From positions 186,001-250,000 of the forward strand of contig CAJFCJ010000019.1 in the NCBI GenBank assembly GCA_904063045.1: a stretch of 64,000 nucleotides of DNA, given 5' to 3'. The stretch is from Dimorphilus gyrociliatus (Eukaryota > Animalia > Annelida). The notes beneath the pieces are model-generated. The model searched no databases and was not told the DNA's origin. It saw nothing but the letters and a program-made list of their open reading frames with translations. Made by a program: the position numbers and the translations under genes. This document shows, one piece after another, positions 25,318 through 37,248 of the stretch (positions within the stretch are counted from its first letter, which is position 1; every line of letters starts with the position of its first letter).

Positions 25318-28300
25318 ATGACCGAAAATCAGGGAATGCAACATCTAATCCCAGTTGTCAACAAACTGCAAGATGCCTTTGCTTCATTAGGTGTTCCGTT
25401 ATCTCTTGATTTACCACAAATAGCTGTCGTTGGCAGTCAAAGCGCTGGAAAGAGTTCAGTTTTGGAAAATTTTGTGGGCAAGTAAGTAAATAACGCTGTC
25501 TAGTGACATTTGAAAAAATATCAACTCTCATTGTCTCATTTTATGGAGATGAACGATAATTTAAATGATATCGAATTTTCGGTGTAATGTCAGGCCACTC
25601 CATAATGATATTGATTCGTTCTCAAAGCGTATTATTCGCGGAATAGATAAGAACTAACTTGGTGGGGTGATTCTTGTTTTTACCAGGTCAACTATTTGTT
25701 GACAATTTCCTCGATTACTGGAAGAGAACACCCAGTAATTAAGTTTTAGGGGGCGGTTTTTTTCTTTCGCGCCAAGTTCTGATCTATATAATTTTCATTT
25801 CATTTTCAACAGGGACTTTTTGCCTCGTGGTAGTGGAATCGTAACTCGGAGACCTTTAATCCTGCAGCTCATCAATAGTAATACTGGTAAGTTGAATGTT
25901 TATAATAAATAGTCATATGCTATGTTTTTGAAGACATGTTTATAAATTTTATTAGTACAATTATGTAATTAGGTCTATTATATACTAACAACAGCACTTG
26001 TTATTCATATAGTTTCATTTTCTTATTAATTTGTACCAGGTAGTTAATTTACCAATTTGGTAGCTAAGAACGTAACTAGTAGCGCTCAGGGTTGCTTTAT
26101 CGATTATTACTAGCATTGAGAAGTACATATAAGGGCTTCAATCTATAACATATATGTTTCAACTTCTCGGATTTGCTATTGGTAAAATGATATTTCTCTT
26201 TTTTCCTTACAGAATATGCTGAATTTTTACACTGTAAAGGACGCATTTTCTCGGACTTTGATCAGGTTCGAGCTGAAATCGAAGCTGAAACAGATCGCAT
26301 TACAGGAACAAATAAGGGGATTTCAAATGTTCCAATTAACCTTCGTGTATATTCACCACACGTTCTTAATCTTACACTCATCGATCTTCCGGGTCTTACG
26401 AAAGTACCTGTAGGTGATCAACCTCACGACATTGAACAGCAAATTAGGAATATGCTTTTGGAATTTATTAATCGGGAAAGTTGCTTAATTTTGGCTGTTT
26501 CTCCAGCGAATACTGATCTTGCAAATTCAGATGCGCTGAAAATTGCCAAAGAAGTAGACCCTCAAGGTGTTCGGACAATCGGAGTTGTGACAAAATTGGA
26601 TTTGATGGATGAAGGAACTGACGCAAGAGATATTCTGGAAAACAAAACACTACCGTTACGAAGGGGTTATATTGGAGTTGTCAATAGATCTCAAAAGGAT
26701 ATTGACGGACGTAAAGACATAAAGGCAGCTCTATCTTCTGAGCGAAAATTCTTCTTGTCTCATCCAGCTTATAGACATATTGCTGATAAATTAGGAACAC
26801 CTTATTTACAGAAAACTCTCAATCAACAATTGACTAACCATATTCGGGACACACTACCTGGTCTTCGAAGCAAGTTACAAGCTCAATTTCTATCGATGGA
26901 AAGAGACGTGGAAGAATACAAGAACTTTAGTCCCAATGATCCGACTATAAAAACTAAGGCCATGATGCAAATGACTACAGAATTTGGTGGTGATTTCGAG
27001 AAGTCAATTGAAGGAACAGGATCCGAAATTTCAACGAATGAACTTTCCGGTGGAGCAAAGATCAATCGGATATTTCATGAGAGATTTCCTTTTGAACTGG
27101 TAAAAATGGAGTGTGACGAGAAAGAATTGCGCCGTGAAATTACTTATGCTATTAAAAACATCCATGGTATACGTACGGGTTTATTTACACCAGATATGGC
27201 ATTCGAAACCATCGTTAAGAGACAAATCGAAAAACTAAAGGAGCCATCCTTAAAATGCGTTGACATGGTAGTTTCTGAGCTAAGTAACGTCATTCAGAGG
27301 TGTACTGACAAAATGAATCGTTATCCTGTACTCCGCGAAGAGACAGAAAGAATAGTAACCATGAAGGTCCGAGAATGCGAGATGAATACCAAGAATCAGT
27401 TAATCCTTATGGTCAACATTCAATTATCTTATATGAATACCAATCATGAAGATTTTATTGGATTTGCCAAGTAAACTATTTTATAATATATTTGTTTTTG
27501 ATCTAACTAACTGAATATACTTTACAACAGCGCTCAACAAAAGTCGGAAACGTCTTCAAAACGTAAACTTGGAAATCAAGTCATCCGAAAAGGTTGGCTC
27601 TCTCTCCATAATGTTTCCTTCATAAAGGGAGGCTCGAAAGAATTTTGGTTTGTTCTTTCTGCCGAAACTTTGGCATGGTATAAGGATGAAGAAGAGAAAG
27701 AGAAGAAATATATGTTACCATTAGACAACTTAAAAGTATATAAACTTTCGCTAGAAATTAGATTTGTAGCTTTTTTTTATTATTAATCTTTTATAATTTC
27801 AGGTCAGAGACATTGAATCGGGCTTTATGTCTCGTTCTCATAAATTTGCTTTGTTTTCCACCGACACCCGTAACGTCTATAAAGACTATAAGCAGTTAGA
27901 ATTAGGAGCAGAGTCCCAGGATGACGTTGATAGCTGGAAAGCGTCTTTCCTAAGAGCTGGAGTATATCCTGAACGGAATACGGATGTAGAGAGAGAATCT
28001 GTAAGTTAAGATTTTGTTTTACGCATCCTTCTGGAGTTCATAATCTTGCTATTAATACTTTATTTTACAATTTCTTTATTTTTTACAGAGTAATTATGTA
28101 CGTTTTATTTGAATATTTACATCTGTTTTAAGTAGTATCTAACTCTGCACAGAGATTTATACATATATAGATATGTATATATATATATATATATATATAA
28201 AACATATATAATTAGTTATTAAAAAAAAAATTAGAGGCAGCCTATATATTATTTTTTTAAACAATTAATAACGATATTCTTTGTTTAATTAATTCAAAAA

Positions 28301-30993
28301 AAAAAGATTATTTATTTTTTACTCACAATCTTTTTTCTTCCACATGAAATCTATCAATATAAAAAAAATTTACCGTTTTAAAGCTAGTAAGTTTCGTACT
28401 GATGGCTATATCACAATTATTATTTTATTCTTTTTTTTTTGCTGAGTGATTTTCTCATTGTCAGAGTGAATTAAAAACAAAAACAATATCAACATTTTAT
28501 AAAATATAAATCTTTCGAAAAATTTCTTTTTTTTTTTTTTTCCCCCAAATAATCCAAAAAAAAGATTAATTTAATGGAATGTTCTTTAGTTTTTATTTAT
28601 TTATTTATTTACCTATTACTAAATTTTGTCAGTGTAGCTCACAATAAACATTATCATTTACCCTGCTCTCTCTGTCAAGAAAAAAAAAAAGAAAAAGAAA
28701 GAAATATTTTTATATTTAATGATAATAATAATAATAATATCAATGGCAACAACAAAACAGAATAGCTTCCGCTATTTCAGCTTTCATATATTTTAATGTA
28801 TAATTATTAAAAACAAAAAAAAAACAATACTTAAAAAAAAAACAATGATTAATTAATTGTTCCAAGCAGGCAATTAAAGTCAGCTTATGTGGCTTACATG
28901 TTTTGGAAACTAAAAAGTAGTTAAAATATTCAATTTTGACTATTAAAAAAATATCTATTATTTCTATTTTCATTTATTTTTATTTTGTTAAACAATTTTT
29001 TTTTTAAATAATAAATTAACAGCGAGGTGAAGAATTAGGATCAACCGATCCTCAACTAGAAAGACAAGTTGAAACTATTAGAAATCTTGTGGACAGTTAT
29101 TTAAAAATTATTCATAAAACTGTTCGAGATTTGGTCCCAAAGACTGTGATGTACATGATAATAATGGCAGTAAGTGTAATAATTTTTATTTCCTCGTCGA
29201 CAGGGTTCGCGTGACTCAGAAATGGGTTCCATCGACCCACAATTAGAAAGACAGGTGGAAACAATCAGGAATCTCGTCGACTCTTACATGCAAATAGTGA
29301 ATAAGACCCAACGGGATCTTGTTCCCAAAGCCGTTATGCATATGATAATTAATGAAGTGAGACTTTCGATCTAAGACATTTAGTTCACTTTTTTTACGTT
29401 AGAAAAATTTTTATTAAGCTTATCTGGCTCTTGGTTTAAATGTCGTATTCTTTTACTATATTTTACTCCTAGCTTTCCTTACGCATGAAATATATTTACA
29501 CTAGCAATGTAAACTTTTGGGATTTGCACTACTTTTTACTATGGTTGGGATTTCCAGGAAAAAAATATAATTTAGGCTTAGTCTAACTTTTTGTTAGTTT
29601 CAACCTGTAGTGGTTATGCTCCCTGTCGACTTGTTAACTTTGTTAATGTTTCATCACTGTATTTTTTTTCCAAAGACAAAAAGCAATTTTATACTTTTCT
29701 TTTACAGTTAAAGGCATTTATTTCAAAGGAACTATTAGCCCACCTTTATTCATCAGGAGATCAGGTAAAAATGAGATAAGCAACTTGAATGTTTTTTAAC
29801 ATATTAGCAATCTACGTCTTAGAATAATCTGATGGAGGAAAGTCCAGAAGAAGCTCAAAAACGAGAGGATACTCTTCGAATGTATCAGGCAACTAAGGTG
29901 ATTTATCTGAAAACTTTTATAAAAAATATATTCAGACTAACTAATAATTAATTACACTCGTAATAGGAAGCGTTAAAAATCATTTCGGAAGTCTCGACAC
30001 AAACAGTATCGACTCCATTGCCACCACCGGTAAATGACGAATGGCTGGCAAATAGCGGATCAAATTCTTCGTAAGTACAGAATAGACAAAAAAAAGAAAG
30101 AGTTAGATAAGATTTTCTATGCATCGAAAACTAGTAAATCGTAGACTTGATATTGTAGTTCTTTAAACGTTCTTTTTTTATGGTTTTTTTTGTCTCTGTT
30201 TACTACTTTATTTCGTATATCGATGAATTATTTTGCACGAGCACGTATATTGCATGCAGACCTCATTATCACCATAACCATGAAATTTCGAACGGTCCTG
30301 GATCGTGGTCACATATGCATAGTAAGCCTGCAGTTCCAGCAAATAAACCTCCACACGGGTAAGTTCGTTGTGACTTTGAAACACTAGATGATTGATAGGT
30401 AGAATTCTGCTTGTCTGAACTCCGTTGATTTTAGTGACTAAAACTTGGAATGACGAATGATATTTTCTAACAATTTTTTCGTCTTTTTTTTTTTATTGCA
30501 ACCGATTTTACAGGCAAGCTAAGTATGTATTTCTGTCATCTAGACTCTGTAGTTTTTAGTTTGATTGAAGTTATTCTTTCCATTATCTTTCTTTTCCTTG
30601 AAAATCTTTGTTGGAGAAATTTTCCTTCTATTTACACTTCAATTTGTCATGTGGAAACATTTTGTTTTTTTTTGTTAGAATGAACAGTCGTGGACCGCCG
30701 TCAGCTTCTACCATGCGAAGTGCACCTGCACCCCCTTCAGCGAGACCCGCTGTAGGGGCACCTTCAAGACCAGCGCCATCACGACCAGCTCCAAGTCCAA
30801 CCCCAGTTCAGCAAGGAGGTGGTCTACCACCTCCTCTAATACCTCAGTAATACAAATTATACTTTGTACTTGAAATAATTTTATACTTTTAACACTTTTT
30901 CTCTTGTTTATTTCTTATAGACGTCCTGTTCCTGGAGGAGCGGCGCCGCCACCAGTGCCAGGCCGACCGAGTATGCCATCTAGACCGCAGTAA
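25318..30993 (+). CDS. DNM: Classical dynamin (GTPase, middle, PH, GED, PRD). Exons 25318-25481, 25813-25886, 26213-27470, 27531-27735, 27803-28000, [28089-28097], 29023-29169 or 29204-29356, 29708-29764, 29823-29897, 29967-30070, [30260-30358], [30514-30522], 30679-30846, 30921-30993
   Basis: [56 protein letters not shown] domain [33 protein letters not shown], Pro-rich tail. All splice phases were checked and are consistent. Confidence 0.96.
28164..28210. repeat. (TA)n microsatellite within an AT-rich low-complexity dynamin intron
   Basis: atatatatatatatatatat run; flanking poly-A/poly-T tracts through about 29000. Confidence 0.75.
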
Positions 30994-33507
30994 ACGAACA
31001 GAGAAGAGAGAGAAATTGTACATTGTTACTAGTCAACACACGCTTAAAAAGTTGCTTCTCTCTTTAGATGATACTACATAGGCAGTGCGATAATTATTAC
31101 ATATTTTGCGAACTTTTAATCGATTTAGCATAGCAATAAAATATATGTTTAGTGACGTGTATTGAATCAATCATTGCTGTTGATGCATTGATCAATTACA
31201 TTCCAGATATATAGTTTACAGTGACACTGTAGATCAGTGGTCGTTTCTATCCTGTGCACGAAAGGAACATTAAGTGTCATTCGTTAAGTCGACGTACATT
31301 TTGATTAAAATATTTGTCTTAAGCTATACATACCAACTGATCAAATAAAGTATTTATGATTAGTCAGATTACTCACATCGTAATGTCTCCTAACAGTATG
31401 TGCATAAATCAAATAAAAGAATCTTGCAATGTACGATTATTTCTCGAAATTCACTGTTCAAAAACTCTTAACATTTGACACTAACTCTTGTCCAAATTTT
31501 CCAACAGATTCATGGTATAAAAAGTGATAAATTCGTTCATAACTTTCATTCAAAAACTGAAACAGTCAAAATTATAGTTGAACTTTTTCAGCCATATTTA
31601 AAAATGTATTATTGAAATTTCTACCAATAAAAAATATTTTTGCCAAATGAAATAATTTCTTTATTTTACCAGTTTATCGTCATATTTTCCACAAATATAT
31701 ACACCACACATACACGGCAAACACTGAATAAGAGTACGAATTATCCGATATCATACTTTTGAGGTTTTATCACGAATGTTTATATAAAAAACGGATATAT
31801 TTCACGTTGTAGAGATATTAATATTCACTTAATGAATTAATGAGTAAGAGAAAACTTTTTCGTAATTAGTCTCATTACAGTAAAGAAATTAAAAGCCCGT
31901 TGAAAGGAAACTGCTACTATTTCTCGTTAAAGAATATTGTAGGAAAACAACAATGGATTATCAATAGAGATTATTAGCATAGGAGTAAATGTAACAACAA
32001 AAACAATAACCTAAATTATATAAGCTCTGACAAACATTGATGGAAAACAGTGTACACTATATCCGAATACTACAGTTTTTTTTTCTGCACATATTTAATA
32101 GTTTTAAAAAATGACCATAACAAAATGACAAAATTAACATCTTTTGTTACCATCAAAGGATGTAAAAATCGATAATAATATGGAGAAAAATGTTAAATTA
32201 GAAGCATTGCTTAATGGAATCCTTTCTGTGTTCTTTTCTAATTTTACTTTAAACTACAAAGCGAATTTGATTAAAATAATATTGTCTATTTAGAGCTATA
32301 AATAAATAGATAATCCTTTTTAAAAAATAACGCTAATAAAGTCTTTTACAGTAGCAAAGGTGAATAGTACATTTTATAGAATAAAGAATAAAGTAATAAT
32401 GTGATAAATATTTTCACATGTAAATAAATTGCGATTATTTATTAATAGTAATAATGATATATTTATATCTATGTTTAAAGATTACATAAAAAAGGAAGTT
32501 TCTCAAGGTGATCTTAACCCAAAAATAAATAGAACGTAGTGATAAAAGGGAAAATTTCATGAGTTAAAAAATTATTTTTATTGTGTTTTTTTCTTTTCTT
32601 CTCTTACTTTTTACTTTTTTTTGTTTTGTTCTTTAACTCTGTTGGACATTTTTATTTCATAAGAAAGTTAAAGGTTAACATTTCAATTTTCAATGTAACG
32701 ACTGTTTAAATTTTACACTTGACAAGGATAATAAATAATTACATTCAGCTGCAAGTTAGTGTATATACATTTTTCACTTATTGTTTATTTTAACTAGTAT
32801 GGTTACGGGATCTCAATCATGTCTACAAAGTAAAGGATCTAATGATCAAAAGAGACTGTTTAGAACATTTACTCATTTGTAATGTCGTTCAAACATGTTG
32901 TTATTGCAGAACTTGTACGTACACGTACGCTATTATACTTGTTTATATTTTTGAAGTACCTTTCGCCCTTCCGATATTTAAACAACACTTTGTATAGTCA
33001 TTTATTTTCTGACTTTATGACAAAATATTTCACACTTTCTAGGTTTTCTCTTTATTATGAGTATAGAAATAACGCTAATCGGTTTATAATCCCCAAGCTA
33101 TGCTTATGTAAGCTGGTCATATGTCGGCCTATATGTAGAGTAGCGTATATTTTTCTGAATTATGAAAGTTTCTTTTTATTTTTTCGGTAGCTTATTATCT
33201 TTTAGACTTTAAATATCATCATTAAGCTGTAATCTAATACTTCTGCAAGGGCTGAGAAAACAACGTTTTTAATACGCAAAGGCCTACCATGGCGGCCTTG
33301 CGTAGTAATACATTAGAATTCCAACCCGCCGCAAGCGCCACTACTATCGGCGAACTAGTTCCAGGTGCAGTGTTGTATAACTCGCTTATAGAATAACAAC
33401 CATCTCATATAATTTTAAATTACAATTTAAAATTTTATTTTTAAATATGTAATTTCACTTTTGCCAGATAATATTCATCGAAATCGTATAATTTAGACAA
33501 AAGCTAA

Positions 33508-33555
33508 CCGGAAGTATCGAGTAGTTATGCGTATGTTATGAATCCAAGATGGCGG
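33508..33555 (+). promoter_or_regulatory. PPP4R3 promoter: ETS CCGGAAGT (33508-33515) and YY1 CAAGATGGCGG (33545-33555)
   Basis: Exact consensus matches, followed by a GT donor at about 33587 that suggests a 5'UTR exon. Confidence 0.55.
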
Positions 33556-33908
33556 ACTGATTGAGTTCATGTTGCGTTGTTTTCAGGTCAGTAGTTTTAC
33601 GTTTAAATCTAGAGCTTTTTCTCGATCGGTGACAGTCTTATAATGTGATTTATATGTGTTTTTGTTAGTATGTTAAAAATCAAGTAGTTTTTTTTAATTA
33701 ATGCCTTTGAAAATAGAGCATGTTTACACGGTGAATTCAATTTCTGTGCAGTTCCTTCGATTTATGTTCCATGTTCTGTAAAATTCGTTTTAAATCTAGG
33801 CAAAACGGTGGGTTATCTGGTTTGCGAATTAAGTTTGAAGCGTTATGAAGAAGATTGTCTTGGAAAAAGAGTCACCATTTTCGATATCTTTAAAAGACTA
33901 ACGTGATT

Positions 33909-36532
33909 ATGGCGGCAGAAAGTCAACAAGTTGGCACTACTCGAAGACGTGTAAAGTTATACACATTAAATGAAGAGAGGCAATGGGATGATCGCGGAAC
34001 TGGACATGTTTATTCCACTGATAACGGATCTCTCGAAGGAGTGACTCTAATAGTCAAATCTGAATCTGATAGTAAGTTACCGAAATACGACATGTTTTTT
34101 TTAATCACAATTTTTTTGAAAATATAGTGAGTATTCTCCTCGAATCGAAAATTCAAACCGATACGGCGTATCAAAAACAACAAGAGACTCTTATTGTTTG
34201 GGCCGAAACAGATTCTCATAATCTCGCTCTTAGCTTTCAAGAGAAAGCAGGATGTGATGAAATTTGGGAAAAAATTTGTCAGGTACAAGGCAAGGACCCC
34301 AGTGTGGAGTCTACCCAGGAAGGTGATGAATCCGAAGATGAGCGATACGAAGAATCGATATCGGATACTGGTCCTGGTGCAATATCGACTTCTCCAGTCT
34401 TATTACCTCCTTGCGAGGTTTCTAAACTGCCACAAATTGCCGAAATAGTACAAATGGCCATAACGACACCTGTAAAACGGGAACAGCTCGCTCTTGAAGT
34501 CGAAAACGAAGGATACATTCCGAAGTTGCTAGAGGTTTTTAGAATGTGCGAAGATTTAGAAAACAAAGAGGGATTGCATAAAGTGCATGACATTATTAGG
34601 AATTTAATTTTATTAAATCGTACGCCATTATACGAAGTTATGTTCTCGGAAGATAACATTATGGATGTTGTTGGAGCTTTAGAATATGACTCGAATACCG
34701 ATCAACACATGCAGCACAGGGAATTCTTAAAAGATCGGGTTCAATTTCGACAAGTTCTTCCTATGACTAATACTGACCTGTTGAATAAGATACATCAAAC
34801 TTACAGAGTGCAATATGTGCATGATGTCGTTATGCCGACGCCATCAGTGTTCGACGAGAACGTTTTAACAGCACTTAATTCTTTCCTATTTTTTAATAAA
34901 GTTGATATTGTAACCATGCTTCAAGATGACGACAATTTCCTTCAAATGCTCTTCTCTCAGTTGGTTGAAGAATCGACGGATGACAGTCGACGCTTGGAAT
35001 TGCTTCTATTTTTGAAGGAATTGTGCAGTTTTGCCCAGACACTTCAACCAGTCAATCGAGAAATGTTTTTCAGGACTCTCTCTAATGTCGGATTTCTATC
35101 GTCACTTGAAGTTATACTGGGATTCGAAAAGGAGCAGCTACGACAAATATCAATTGACATTTTAGCATTGGCTGTCGAATACTGTGCATCGGCTATAGTA
35201 GAATATATTTTGAAGGAGGGTCAGCAAAAGTCAGAAGACGATGAAATGCTGATCAATATTCTTATTGAGCAAATTATTCATGATACTGATTCGGAATTGG
35301 GACTTGCAGCCCAGATAACGGGCATTCTAAAGATGTTAATAGATCCCGATAACGCAATTGATTCAACGAGTAGTTCGAAGTGCGAAAAGAACGACTTGAT
35401 TAAATTTTTTTATAAGCACAGTATGCACAACCTGACTGCTCCCTTATACGCGAACACTGCTGACGGAAAGCCTAGCAGGGATGACTACAAGACGGCAATG
35501 CTGCTCTCTCTAATTTTGGATTTGATTACGTTTTGTTTAGAACGACACTCTTTTCATATAAAAAATTATGTGCTTAATAAGGACTTATTTACAAGGGTTC
35601 TTATTTTAATGAAATCTAAGCACTCATTTTTGGCACTGACTGCTTTAAGGCTTATCAGGAAGGTTGTAGCACTAAAAGACGAATTTTATTTAATGTGTAT
35701 AGCAAGGACTAATCATCTAAAATTCGTTGTGGATGCTTTTCTATTAAATGGTCCACGATATAATCTTCTCAATTCGGCAATAATTGAATTGTTTGAATTT
35801 ATAAGAGTGGACGGAATTAAGACATTGGTCACTAATATTGCCGAAGTTCATTGGCCTCGATTAGAGCATGTGAAATATGTTACAACTTTTAGGTTGATTA
35901 GAGATCAGTACGAGCAACACAAACAATTGTCAGATGATTGTACTTCCGTGACAGCAACTCCAGGTTCAGCTCCTCTAGATGGCGTTAGACAAAGATTTAG
36001 GAGAGATGATCGAAGTCCCGACGTCGATGAGGAAATGTGGTTCGAGCAGGATGATGAATCAGATTTAGCAACTGCTGTACCAGAACTACTTAGACCAGAG
36101 CCTAATAGGATCGAACAAAACTTTACTAAAAAATCAGGTAAGTTATTTTTGAAAAAGTTCTCTGTTTATAATACTGATAAGCTTTCCTTTATAACAGTGA
36201 ATGATGTAGAGGATATTGTTACTGCGCCACGCATATTCTCCAGAAACTCTCCAATTCAAATTCATTTAAGGACTCCTCTACCCTTAACGCCTTCACCACC
36301 ACCGTCCAGTCCAAATTCAAGCCCGAGCACACAGGCTGATGTTAAAGGCCCTATCAAAAATGGACAGTCGGAGGTAGTTAGCGAGAATACCACTGAAGCT
36401 CAAACTAGTTCAAGCACTTGTCCCCAGAGCGTTATTGGACTAGTTGATTATCCGTCAGACGAAGACGATGACGATGATAATAATTCTGACGAGACTCAAT
36501 CGAAACGTATTCGTTTGGAAAATCCGTCTTGA
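33909..36532 (+). CDS. PPP4R3: Serine/threonine protein phosphatase 4 regulatory subunit 3 (SMEK/falafel/Psy2); exons 33909-34071, 34128-36137, 36198-36532
   Basis: EVH1 domain [111 protein letters not shown]. Confidence 0.95.
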
Positions 36533-36758
36533 GTGAATATTTTTGCCTTTTTGGTTTTTGTCTGTTATTTGTTAAGCAGTGTCCGCTTTGTACAGTTTGT
36601 TTTGTGATGTTTGTAAAAGTGTATAGAAGAACCAATAACACGTTTGTTTTATAGTTTTACAGTTCATGTAATATGAGGGCGAGCTGTATAGAAAGACAAA
36701 ATTGTACATGGAGACAATGTGTGTCGCATTTATCTTTTTTATGACAAAGTAGTACATT

Positions 36759-36892
36759 TAATATATAGATATATATATGAATATATATATATGTATATAA
36801 AACGCAAATATAAAGCATATATATACCTGCATATATATATATAAACATATTGTATATATATATATATGACTGTATTTATGTGTATATATACA
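36759..36892. repeat. (TA)n-rich simple repeat between the convergent PPP4R3 and FRMD6-like 3' ends
   Basis: Multiple atatat runs. Confidence 0.7.
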
Positions 36893-37248
36893 TAGGTGTC
36901 TAATTTATTAATACGTTTCCATCGAGGATTTAGTTTTTATTATCGCAGCGTGTTACGGTGTATGGTTGGACGACATTCATTTAAGAAGAAGACGTCAATG
37001 TATTGCATTCTGACAAAAATGATCAGCTGAATAAATATAAATCTATAAAAAAAATTAATCAGCAATAGTCTTGAAACTTCCATTTAACACAAACTCACAA
37101 CACACTAAAACGGAATAGTTTCTGGTCCCTGTATACGTAGAATGTTAATTATGTGGACGGCTTTTTAGAGAAACCCATATTGATATCGTTATTCTTAAAT
37201 TGTTTAAAAAAATCACACAATGCTATAATTATCATTTTGTAAAAGGAA

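Noticed and set aside
32882-33190. 102-aa plus-strand ORF
   Set aside because: F/Y/L/I-rich AT-biased composition with no domain; probably non-coding.
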